Shown piece after piece: positions 12,913 through 25,700 of a stretch of DNA of 64,000 nucleotides. The translations under genes and the position numbers were made by a program. The stretch is from the human T2T-CHM13v2.0 reference genome, Homo sapiens. Where the stretch lies: the NCBI RefSeq assembly GCF_009914755.1, contig NC_060933.1. One strand, 5' to 3'. Every line of letters begins with the position of its first letter. The stretch's first letter is position 1. The notes below the pieces were generated by a model. It was not told the origin of the DNA. It did not search any database and saw only the letters and a program-made list of their open reading frames with translations.

Positions 12913-15900
12913 CAGAAGCATTCTCAGAAACTTCCTTGTGATGTGTGTACTCAAGTAACAGAGTTGAACCTTCCTTTTGACAGAGCAGTTTTGAAGCACT
13001 CTTTTTGTAGAATCTGCAAGTGGATATTTTGATACCTTTGAGGATTTCGTTGGACACGGGATATCTTCATATAAAATCTAGACAGAAGCATTCTCAGAAA
13101 CTTCTTTGTGCTGTATGTCCTCAATTAACAGAGTTGAACCTTTGTGTGGATACAGCATTTTGGAAACATTCCTTTAGTAGAATCTGCAAGTTGATATTTA
13201 GATAGCTAGGAAGATTTCCTTGGAAACGGGAATATCTTCATATAAAATCTAGACGGAAGCATTCTCAGAAAGTGCTTTGTGATGTTTGCATTCAAGTCAC
13301 AGAGTTGAATATTCCCTTTTATAGAGTAGGTTTGAAACACTCTTTCTGCACTACCTGGAAGTGGACATTTGGAGCGCTTTGAGGCCTATGTTGAAAAAGG
13401 AAATATCTTCCCATAAAAACTAGACAGAAGCATTCTCAGAAACTTGTTTGTGATGTGTGTATTCAACTAACAGAGATGAACCTTTCTTTTTACAGAGCAG
13501 TTTTGGAACACTCTTTTTGTGGAATCTGAAAGTGGATATTTGGATAGCTTTGAGGATTTCGTTGGAAACGGGATTACATATAAAACCTAGAGAGAAGCAT
13601 TCTCAGGAACTTCTTTGTGATGTTTGCCTTCAAGTCACAGGAATGAACATTCCCTTTCATAGAGCAGGTTTGAAACACTCTTTCTGTAGTATCTGCAAGC
13701 TGACGTTTCATGCGCTTTCAGGCCTATGGTGAGAAAGGAAATATCTTCAAGTAAAAACTAGACAGAAGCATTGTCAGAAACTTATTTGCCATGTGTGTTC
13801 TCAACTAACAGAGTTGAACCTTTGTTTTGATACGGCATTTTGGAAACACTCTTTTTGTAGAATCTGCAGGTGGATATTCGGATAGCTTTGAAGGTTTCGT
13901 TGGAAACGGGAATATCTTCATATAAAATCTAGACGGAAGCATTCTCAGAAACTGCTTTGTGATGTTTTCATTCAAGTCACAGTGTAGAATGTTCCCTGTT
14001 ATATACCAGGTTTGAGACACTCTTTCTGCACTACCTGGAAGTGGACGTTTGGAGCGCTTTGAGGCCTATGTTGAAAAAGGAAATATCTTCCCATAAAATC
14101 AAGACAGAAGCATTCTCAGAAACTTCTCTGTGATGTTTGCATTCAACTCATAGAGTTGAACACTTCCCTTCATACAGCAGGTTTGAAACACTCTTTTTCT
14201 AATATTTGGAAGTGGACATTTGCAGCGCTTTGAGGCCTATGTTGAAAAAGGAAATATCTTCCCCTAAAAACCAGACAGAAGCATTCTCAGAAACTTCCTT
14301 GTGATGTGTGTACTCAAGTAACAGAGTTGAACCTTCCTTTTGACAGAGCAGTTTTGAAGCACTCTTTTTGTAGAATCTGCAAGTGGATATTTTGATACCT
14401 CTGAGGATTTCGTTGGAAACGGGATTACATATAAAACCTAGAGAGAAGCATTCTCAGGAACTTCTTTGTGATGTTGGCCTTCAAGTCACAGGACTGAACA
14501 TTCCCTTTCATAGAGCAGGTTTGAAACACTCTTTCTGTAGTATCTGCAAGCTGACGTTTCAAGCGCTTTCAGGCCTATGGTGAGAAAGGAAATATCTTCA
14601 AGTAAAAACTAGACAGAAGCATTCTCAGAAACTTATTTGCCATGTGTGTTCTCAACTAACAGAGTTGAACCTTTGTTTTGATACGGCATTTTGGAAACAC
14701 TCTTTTTGTAGAATCTGCAGGTGGATATTCGGATAGCTTTGAAGGTTTCGTTGGAAACGGGAATATCTTCATATAAAATCTAGACGGAAGCATTCTCAGA
14801 AACTGCTTTGTGATGTTTTCATTCAAGTCACAGAGTAGAATGTTCCCTGTTATATACCAGGTTTGAGACACTCTTTCTGCACTACCTGGAAGTGGACGTT
14901 TGGAGCGCTTTGAGGCCTATGTTGAAAAAGGAAATATCTTCCCATAAAAACTAGACAGAAGCATTCTCAGAAACTTGTTTGTGATGTGTGTATTCAACTA
15001 ACAGAGATGAACCTTTCTTTTTACAGAGCAGTTTTGAAACACTCTTTTTGTGGAATCTGAAAGTGGATATTTGGATAGCTTTGAGGATTTCATTGGAAAC
15101 GGGATTACATATAAAATCTAGGGAGAAGCATTCTCAGGAACTTCTTTGTGATGTTTGCATTCAAGTCACAGAACTGAACATTCCCTTTCATAGAGCAGGT
15201 TTGAAACACTCTTTCTGTAGTATCTGCAAGCGGACGTTTCAAGCGCTTTCAGGCCTGTGGTGAAAAAGGAAATATCTTCAAATAAAAACTAGACAGAAGC
15301 ATTCTCAGAAACTTATTTGCGATGTGTGTTCTCAGCTAACAGAGTTGAACATTTGTTTTGATACAGCATTTTGGAAACACTCTTTTTGTAGGATCTGCAG
15401 GTGGATATTTGGATAGCTTTGAAGGTTTCTTTGGAAACGGGAATATCTTCATATAAAATCAAGACAGAAGCATTCTCAGAAACTTCTCTGTGATGTTTGC
15501 ATTCAACTCATAGAGTTGAACACTTCCTTTCATAGAGCTGGTTTGAAATACTCTTTTTATAATATTTGGAAGTGGACATTTGCAGCGCTTTGAGGCCTAT
15601 GTTGAAAAAGGAAATATCTTCTCCTAAAAACCAGACAGAAGCATTCTCAGAAACTTCCTTGTGATGTGTGTACTCAAGTAACAGAGTTGAACCTTCCTTT
15701 TGACAGAGCAGTTTTGAAGCACTCTTTTTGTAGAATCTGCAAGTGGATATTTTGATACCTTTGAGGATTTCGTTGGACACGGGATATCTTCATATAAAAT
15801 CTAGACAGAAGCATTCTCAGAAACTTCTTTGTGCTGTATGTCCTCAATTAACAGAGTTGAACCTTTGTGTGGATACAGCATTTTGGAAGCATTCCTTTAG

Positions 15901-18358
15901 TAGAATCTGCAAGTTGATATTTAGATAGCTAGGAAGATTTCCTTGGAAACGGGAATATCTTCATATAAAATCTAGACGGAAGCATTCTCAGAAAGTGCTT
16001 TGTGATGTTTGCATTCAAGTCACAGAGTTGAATATTCCCTTTTATAGAGTAGGTTTGAAACACTCTTTCTGCACTACCTGGAAGTGGACATTTGGAGCGC
16101 TTTGAGGCCTATGTTGAAAAAGGAAATATCTTCCCATAAAAACTAGACAGAAGCATTCTCAGAAACTTGTTTGTGATGTGTGTATTCAACTAACAGAGAT
16201 GAACCTTTCTTTTTACAGAGCAGTTTTGGAACACTCTTTTTGTGGAATCTGAAAGTGGATATTTGGATAGCTTTGAGGATTTCGTTGGAAACGGGATTAC
16301 ATATAAAACCTAGAGAGAAGCATTCTCAGGAACTTCTTTGTGATGTTTGCCTTCAAGTCACAGGAATGAACATTCCCTTTCATAGAGCAGGTTTGAAACA
16401 CTCTTTCTGTAGTATCTGCAAGCTGACGTTTCATGCGCTTTCAGGCCTATGGTGAGAAAGGAAATATCTTCAAGTAAAAACTAGACAGAAGCATTGTCAG
16501 AAACTTATTTGCCATGTGTGTTCTCAACTAACAGAGTTGAACCTTTGTTTTGATACGGCATTTTGGAAACACTCTTTTTGTAGAATCTGCAGGTGGATAT
16601 TCGGATAGCTTTGAAGGTTTCGTTGGAAACGGGAATATCTTCATATAAAATCTAGACGGAAGCATTCTCAGAAACTGCTTTGTGATGTTTTCATTCAAGT
16701 CACAGTGTAGAATGTTCCCTGTTATATACCAGGTTTGAGACACTCTTTCTGCACTACCTGGAAGTGGACGTTTGGAGCGCTTTGAGGCCTATGTTGAAAA
16801 AGGAAATATCTTCCCATAAAATCAAGACAGAAGCATTCTCAGAAACTTCTCTGTGATGTTTGCATTCAACTCATAGAGTTGAACACTTCCCTTCATACAG
16901 CAGGTTTGAAACACTCTTTTTCTAATATTTGGAAGTGGACATTTGCAGCGCTTTGAGGCCTATGTTGAAAAAGGAAATATCTTCCCCTAAAAACCAGACA
17001 GAAGCATTCTCAGAAACTTCCTTGTGATGTGTGTACTCAAGTAACAGAGTTGAACCTTCCTTTTGACAGAGCAGTTTTGAAGCACTCTTTTTGTAGAATC
17101 TGCAAGTGGATATTTTGATACCTCTGAGGATTTCGTTGGAAACGGGATTACATATAAAACCTAGAGAGAAGCATTCTCAGGAACTTCTTTGTGATGTTGG
17201 CCTTCAAGTCACAGGACTGAACATTCCCTTTCATAGAGCAGGTTTGAAACACTCTTTCTGTAGTATCTGCAAGCTGACGTTTCAAGCGCTTTCAGGCCTA
17301 TGGTGAGAAAGGAAATATCTTCAAGTAAAAACTAGACAGAAGCATTCTCAGAAACTTATTTGCCATGTGTGTTCTCAACTAACAGAGTTGAACCTTTGTT
17401 TTGATACGGCATTTTGGAAACACTCTTTTTGTAGAATCTGCAGGTGGATATTCGGATAGCTTTGAAGGTTTCGTTGGAAACGGGAATATCTTCATATAAA
17501 ATCTAGACGGAAGCATTCTCAGAAACTGCTTTGTGATGTTTTCATTCAAGTCACAGAGTAGAATGTTCCCTGTTATATACCAGGTTTGAGACACTCTTTC
17601 TGCACTACCTGGAAGTGGACGTTTGGAGCGCTTTGAGGCCTATGTTGAAAAAGGAAATATCTTCCCATAAAAACTAGACAGAAGCATTCTCAGAAACTTG
17701 TTTGTGATGTGTGTATTCAACTAACAGAGATGAACCTTTCTTTTTACAGAGCAGTTTTGAAACACTCTTTGTGTGGAATCTGAAAGTGGATATTTGGATA
17801 GCTTTGAGGATTTCATTGGAAACGGGATTACATATAAAATCTAGGGAGAAGCATTCTCAGGAACTTCTTTGTGATGTTTGCATTCAAGTCACAGAACTGA
17901 ACATTCCCTTTCATAGAGCAGGTTTGAAACACTCTTTCTGTAGTATCTGCAAGCGGACGTTTCAAGCGCTTTCAGGCCTGTGGTGAAAAAGGAAATATCT
18001 TCAAATAAAAACTAGACAGAAGCATTCTCAGAAACTTATTTGCGATGTGTGTTCTCAGCTAACAGAGTTGAACATTTGTTTTGATACAGCATTTTGGAAA
18101 CACTCTTTTTGTAGGATCTGCAGGTGGATATTTGGATAGCTTTGAAGGTTTCTTTGGAAACGGGAATATCTTCATATAAAATCAAGACAGAAGCATTCTC
18201 AGAAACTTCTCTGTGATGTTTGCATTCAACTCATAGAGTTGAACACTTCCTTTCATAGAGCTGGTTTGAAATACTCTTTTTATAATATTTGGAAGTGGAC
18301 ATTGGCAGCGCTTTGAAGCCTATGGTGAAAAAGGAGATATCTTCTCCTAAAAACCAGA
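12913..18358 (+). repeat. Two tandem 16-mer HOR units (2723 bp each; second starts at 15636)
   Basis: Markers 13020, 15743, 18466; each has the CCCATAAAATCAAGAC junction and a hybrid m1/m4 monomer. Confidence 0.92.
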
Positions 18359-20910
18359 CAGAAGCATTCTCAGAATCTTTCTTGTGATGTGTGTACTCAA
18401 GTAACAGAGGTGAACCTTCATTTTGACAGAGCAGTTTTGAAGCACTCTTTTTGTAGAATCTGCATGTGGATATTTTGATACCTTTGAGGATTTCGTTAGA
18501 CACGGGATATCTTCATATAAAATCTAGACAGAAGCATTCTCAGAAACTTCATTGTGCTGTATGTCCTCAATTAACAGAGTTGAACCTTTGTGTGGATACA
18601 GCATTTTGGAAACATTCCTTTAGTAGAATCTGCAAGTTGATATTTAGATAGCTAGGAAGATTTCCTTGGAAACGGGAATATCTTCATATAAAATCTAGAC
18701 GGAAGCATTCTCAGAAAGTGCTTTGTGATGTTTGCATTCAAGTCACAGAGTTGAATATTCCCTTTTATAGAGCAGGTTTGAAACACTCTTTCTGCACTAC
18801 CTGGAAGTGGACATTTGGAGCGCTTTGAGGCCTATGTTGAAAAAGGAAATATCTTCCCATAAAAACTAGACAGAAGCATTCTCAGAAACTTGTTTGTGAT
18901 GTGTGTATTCAACTAACAGAGATGAACCTTTCTTTTTACTGAGCAGTTTTGAAACACTCTTTTTGTGGAATCTGAAAGTGGATATTTGGATAGCTTTGAG
19001 GATTTCGTTGGAAACGGGATTACATATAAAACCTAGAGAGAAGCATTCTCAGGAACTTCTTTGTGATGTTTGCCTTCAAGTCACAGGACTGAACATTCCC
19101 TTTCATAGAGCAGGTTTGAAACACTCTTTCTGTAGTATCTGCAAGCTGACGTTTCATGCGCTTTCAGGCCTATGGTGAGAAAGGAAATATCTTCAAGTAA
19201 AAACTAGACAGAAGCATTGTCAGAAACTTATTTGCCATGTGTGTTCTCAACTAACAGAGTTGAACCTTTGTTTTGATACGGCATTTTGGAAACACTCTTT
19301 TTGTAGAATCTGCAGGTGGATATTCGGATAGCTTTGAAGGTTTCGTTGGAAACGGGAATATCTTCATATAAAATCTAGACGGAAGCATTCTCAGAAACTG
19401 CTTTGTGATGTTTTCATTCAAGTCACAGAGTAGAATGTTCCCTGTTATATACCAGGTTTGAGACACTCTTTCTGCACTACCTGGAAGTGGACATTTGGAG
19501 CGCTTTGAGGCCTATGATGAAAAAGGAAATATCTTCCCATAAAAACTAGACAGAAGCATTCTCAGAAACTTGTTTGTGATGTGTGTATTCAACTAACAGA
19601 GATGAACCTTTCTTTTTACAGAGCAGTTTTGAAACACTCTTTTTGTGGAATCTGAAAGTGGATATTTGGATAGCTTTGAGGATTTCGTTGGAAACGGGAT
19701 TACATATAAAATCTAGAGAGAAGCATTCTCAGGAACTTCTTTGTGATGTTTGCATTCACGTCACAGAACTGAACATTCCCTTTCATAGAGCATGTTTGAA
19801 ACACTCTTTCTGTAGTATCTGCAAACGGACATTTCAAACGCTTTCAGGCCTATGGTGAGAAAGGAAATATCTTCAAATAAAAACTAGACAGAAGCATTCT
19901 CAGAAACTTATTTGCGATGTGTGTCATCAACTAACAGAGTTGAACCTTTCTTTTGATACAACATTTTGGAAACACTCTTTTTGTAGAATCTGCAAGTGGA
20001 TATTTGAATAGCTTTGAAGGTTTCGTTGGAAACGGGAATATCTTCATATAAAATCAAGACAGAAGCATTCTCAGAAACTTCTCGGTGATGTTTGCATTCA
20101 ACTCATAGAGTTGAACACTTCCCTTCATACAGCAGGTTTGAAACACTCTTTTTGTAATATTTGGAAGTGGACATTTGCAGCGCTTTGAGGCCTATGATGA
20201 AAAAGGTAATATCTTCCCATAAAAACTAGACAGAAGCATTCTCAGAAACTTGTTTGAGATGTGTGTATTCAACTAACAGAGATGAACCTTTCTTTTTACA
20301 GAGCAGTTTTGAAACACTCTTTTTGTGGAATCTGAAAGTGGATATTTGGATAGCTTTGCGGATTTCGTTGGAAACGGGATTACATATAAAATCTAGGGAG
20401 AAGCATTCTCAGGAACTTCTTTGTGATGTTTGCATTCAAGTCACAGAACTGAACATTCCCTTTCATAGATCAGGTTTGAAACACTCTTTCTGTAGTATCT
20501 GCAAGCGGACGTTTTAAGCGCTTTCAGGCCTGTGGTGAGAAAGGAAATATCTTCAAATAAAAACTAGACAGAAGCATTCTCAGAAACTTATTTGCGATGT
20601 GTGTCCTCAACTAACAGAGTTGAACCTTTCTTTTGATACAACATTTTGGAAACACTCTTTTTGTAGAATCTGCAAGTGGATATTTGGATAGCTTTGAAGG
20701 TTTCGTTGGAAACGGGAATATCTTCATATGAAATCAAGACAGAAGCATTCTCAGAAACTTCTCTGCGATGTTTGCATTCAACTCATAGAGTTGAACACTT
20801 CCCTTCATACAGCAGGTTTGAAACACTCTTTTTCTAATATTTGGAAGTGGACATTTGCAGCGCTTTGAGGCCTATGTTGAAAAAGGAAATATCTTCTCCT
20901 AAAAACCAGA
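18359..20910 (+). repeat. HOR unit, 15-mer (A, B, C)
   Basis: Marker spacing 18466 to 21018. Confidence 0.93.
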
Positions 20911-22782
20911 CAGAAGCATTCTCAGAAACTTCCTTGTGATGTGTGTACTCAAGTAACAGAGTTGAATCTTCCTTTTGACAGAGCAGTTTTGAAGCACTCT
21001 TTTTGTAGAATCTGCAAGTGGATATTTTGATACCTTTGAGGATTTCGTTGGACACGGGATATCTTCATATAAAATCTAGACAGAAGCATTCTCAGAAACT
21101 TCTTTGTGCTGTATGTCCTCAATTAACAGAGTTGAACCTTTGTGTGGATACAGCATTTTGGAAACATTCCTTTAGTAGAATCTGCAAGTTGATATTTAGA
21201 TAGCTAGGAAGATTTCCTTGGAAACGGGAATATCTTCATATAAAATCTAGACGGAAGCATTCTCAGAAAGTGCTTTGTGATGTTTGCATTCAAGTCACAG
21301 AGTTGAATATTCCCTTTTATAGAGCAGGTTTGAAACACTCTTTCTGCACTACCTGGAAGTGGACATTTGGAGCGCTTTGAGGCCTATGTTGAAAAAGGAA
21401 ATATCTTCCCATAAAAACTAGACAGAAGCATTCTCAGAAACTTGTTTGTGATGTGTGTATTCAACTAACAGAGATGAACCTTTCTTTTTACAGAGCAGTT
21501 TTGAAACACTCTTTTTGTGGAATCTGAAAGTGGATATTTGGATAGCTTTGAGGATTTCGTTGGAAACGGGATTACATATAAAACCTAGAGAGAAGCATTC
21601 TCAGGAACTTCTTTGTGATGTTTGCCTTCAAGTCACAGGACTGAACATTCCCTTTCATAGAGCAGGTTTGAAACACTCTTTCTGTAGTATCTGCAAGCTG
21701 ACGTTTCATGCGCTTTCAGGCCTATGGTGAGAAAGGAAATATCTTCAAGTAAAAACTAGACAGAAGCATTGTCAGAAACTTATTTGCCATGTGTGTTCTC
21801 AACTAACAGAGTTGAACCTTTGTTTTGATACGGCATTTTGGAAACACTCTTTTTGTAGAATCTGCAGGTGGATATTCGGATAGCTTTGAAGGTTTCGTTG
21901 GAAACGGGAATATCTTCATATAAAATCTAGACGGAAGCATTCTCAGAAACTGCTTTGTGATGTTTTCATTCAAGTCACAGTGTAGAATGTTCCCTGTTAT
22001 ATACCAGGTTTGAGACACTCTTTCTGCACTACCTGGAAGTGGACGTTTGGAGCGCTTTGAGGCCTATGTTGAAAAAGGAAATATCTTCCCATAAAAACTA
22101 GACAGAAGCATTCTCAGAAACTTGTTTCTGATGTGTGTATTCAACTAACAGAGATGAACCTTTCTTTTTACAGAGTAGTTTTGAAACACTCTTTTTGTGG
22201 AATCTGAAAGTGGATATTTGGATAGCTTTGCGGATTTCGTTGGAAACGGGATTACATATAAAATCTAGGGAGAAGCATTCTCAGGAACTTCTTTGTGATG
22301 TTTGCATTCAAGTCACAGAACTGAACATTCCCTTTCATAGAGCAGGTTTGAAACACTCTTTCTGTAGTATCTGCAAGTGGACGTTTCAAGCGCTTTCAGG
22401 CCTGTGGTGAAAAAGGAAATATCTTCAAATAAAAACTAGACAGAAGCATTCTCAGAAACTTATTTGCGATGTGTGTTCTCAGCTAAGAGAGTTGAACCTT
22501 TGTTTTGATACAGCATTTTGGAAACACTCTTTTTGTAGGATCTGCAGGTGGATATTTGGATAGCTTTGAAGGTTTCTTTGGAAACGGGAATATCTTCATA
22601 TAATATCAAGACAGAAGCATTCTCAGAAACTTCTCTGTTCTGTTTGCATTCAACTCATAGAGTTGAACACTTCCTTTCATACAGCAGGTTTGAAACACTC
22701 TTTTTCTAATATTTGGAAGTGGACATTTGCAGCGCTTTGAGGCCTATGTTGAAAAAGGAAATATCTTCTCCTAAAAACCAGA
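20911..22782 (+). repeat. HOR unit, 11-mer (A, D)
   Basis: Marker spacing 21018 to 22890. Confidence 0.93.
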
Positions 22783-25700
22783 CAGAAGCATTCTCAGAAA
22801 CTTCCTTGTGATGTGTGTACTCAAGTAACAGAGTTGAACCTTCCTTTTGACAGAGCAGTTTTGAAGCACTCTTTTTGTAGAATCTGCAAGTGGATATTTT
22901 GATACCTTTGAGGATTTCGTTGGACACGGGATATCTTCATATAAAATCTAGACAGAAGCATTCTCAGAAACTTCTTTGTGCTGTATGTCCTCAATTAACA
23001 GAGTTGAACCTTTGTGTGGATACAGCATTTTGGAAACATTCCTTTAGTAGAATCTGCAAGTTGATATTTAGATAGCTAGGAAGATTTCCTTGGAAACGGG
23101 AATATCTTCATATAAAATCTAGACGGAAGCATTCTCAGAAAGTGCTTTGTGATGTTTGCATTCAAGTCACAGAGTTGAATATTCCCTTTTATAGAGTAGG
23201 TTTGAAACACTCTTTCTGCACTACCTGGAAGTGGACATTTGGAGCGCTTTGAGGCCTATGTTGAAAAAGGAAATATCTTCCCATAAAAACTAGACAGAAG
23301 CATTCTCAGAAACTTGTTTGTGATGTGTGTATTCAACTAACAGAGATGAACCTTTCTTTTTACAGAGCAGTTTTGGAACACTCTTTTTGTGGAATCTGAA
23401 AGTGGATATTTGGATAGCTTTGAGGATTTCGTTGGAAACGGGATTACATATAAAACCTAGAGAGAAGCATTCTCAGGAACTTCTTTGTGATGTTTGCCTT
23501 CAAGTCACAGGACTGAACATTCCCTTTCATAGAGCAGGTTTGAAACACTCTTTCTGTAGTATCTGCAAGCTGACGTTTCATGCGCTTTCAGGCCTATGGT
23601 GAGAAAGGAAATATCTTCAAGTAAAAACTAGACAGAAGCATTGTCAGAAACTTATTTGCCATGTGTGTTCTCAACTAACAGAGTTGAACCTTTGTTTTGA
23701 TACGGCATTTTGGAAACACTCTTTTTGTAGAATCTGCAGGTGGATATTCGGATAGCTTTGAAGGTTTCGTTGGAAACGGGAATATCTTCATATAAAATCT
23801 AGACGGAAGCATTCTCAGAAACTGCTTTGTGATGTTTTCATTCAAGTCACAGTGTAGAATGTTCCCTGTTATATACCAGGTTTGAGACACTCTTTCTGCA
23901 CTACCTGGAAGTGGACGTTTGGAGCGCTTTGAGGCCTATGTTGAAAAAGGAAATATCTTCCCATAAAATCAAGACAGAAGCATTCTCAGAAACTTCTCTG
24001 TGATGTTTGCATTCAACTCATAGAGTTGAACACTTCCCTTCATACAGCAGGTTTGAAACACTCTTTTTCTAATATTTGGAAGTGGACATTTGCAGCGCTT
24101 TGAGGCCTATGTTGAAAAAGGAAATATCTTCCCCTAAAAACCAGACAGAAGCATTCTCAGAAACTTCCTTGTGATGTGTGTACTCAAGTAACAGAGTTGA
24201 ACCTTCCTTTTGACAGAGCAGTTTTGAAGCACTCTTTTTGTAGAATCTGCAAGTGGATATTTTGATACCTCTGAGGATTTCGTTGGAAACGGGATTACAT
24301 ATAAAACCTAGAGAGAAGCATTCTCAGGAACTTCTTTGTGATGTTGGCCTTCAAGTCACAGGACTGAACATTCCCTTTCATAGAGCAGGTTTGAAACACT
24401 CTTTCTGTAGTATCTGCAAGCTGACGTTTCAAGCGCTTTCAGGCCTATGGTGAGAAAGGAAATATCTTCAAGTAAAAACTAGACAGAAGCATTCTCAGAA
24501 ACTTATTTGCCATGTGTGTTCTCAACTAACAGAGTTGAACCTTTGTTTTGATACGGCATTTTGGAAACACTCTTTTTGTAGAATCTGCAGGTGGATATTC
24601 GGATAGCTTTGAAGGTTTCGTTGGAAACGGGAATATCTTCATATAAAATCTAGACGGAAGCATTCTCAGAAACTGCTTTGTGATGTTTTCATTCAAGTCA
24701 CAGAGTAGAATGTTCCCTGTTATATACCAGGTTTGAGACACTCTTTCTGCACTACCTGGAAGTGGACGTTTGGAGCGCTTTGAGGCGTATGTTGAAAAAG
24801 GAAATATCTTCCCATAAAAACTAGACAGAAGCATTCTCAGAAACTTGTTTGTGATGTGTGTATTCAACTAACAGAGATGAACCTTTCTTTTTACAGAGCA
24901 GTTTTGAAACACTCTTTTTGTGGAATCTGAAAGTGGATATTTGGATAGCTTTGAGGATTTCGTTGGAAACGGGATTACATATAAAATCTAGAGAGAAGCA
25001 TTCTCAGGAACTTCTTTGTGATGTTTGCATTCACGTCACTGAACTGAACATTCCCTTTCATAGAGCATGTTTGAAACACTCTTTCTGTAGTATCTGCAAA
25101 CGGACATTTCAAACGCTTTCAGGCCTATGGTGAGAAAGGAAATATCTTCAAATAAAAACTAGACAGAAGCATTCTCAGAAACTTATTTGCGATGTGTGTC
25201 CTCAACTAACAGAGTTGAACCTTTCTTTTGATACAACATTTTGGAACCACTCTTTTTGTAGAATCTGCAAGTGGATATTTGGATAGCTTTGAAGGTTTCG
25301 TTGGAAACGGGAATATCTTCATATAAAATCAAGACAGAAGCATTCTCAGAAACTTCCCTGTGATGTTTGCATTCAACTCATAGAGTTGAACACTTCCCTT
25401 CATACAGCAGGTTTGAAACACTCTTTTTCTAATATTTGGAAGTGGACATTTGCAGCGCTTTGAGGCCTAAGTTGAAAAAGGAAATATCTTCTCCTAAAAA
25501 CCAGACAGAAGCATTCTCAGAAACTTCCTTGTGATGTGTGTACTCAAGTAACAGAGTTGAACCTTCCTTTTGACAGAGCAGTTTGGAAGCACTCTTTTTG
25601 TAGAATCTGCAAGTGGATATTTTGATACCTTTGAGGATTTCGTTGGACACGGGATATCTTCATATAAAATCTAGACAGAAGCATTCTCAGAAACTTCTTT

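Noticed and set aside
18491-18507. Possibly dead CENP-B box TTTCGTTAGACACGGGA
   Set aside because: The changes fall on non-core N positions and all 9 core bases are intact, so I did not count it as lost.
24526-24867. Extended 113-aa minus-strand ORF specific to the 31-mer
   Set aside because: It results from a single C>G SNV (GAGGCGTATG) that removes a stop codon; there is no evidence of coding function.
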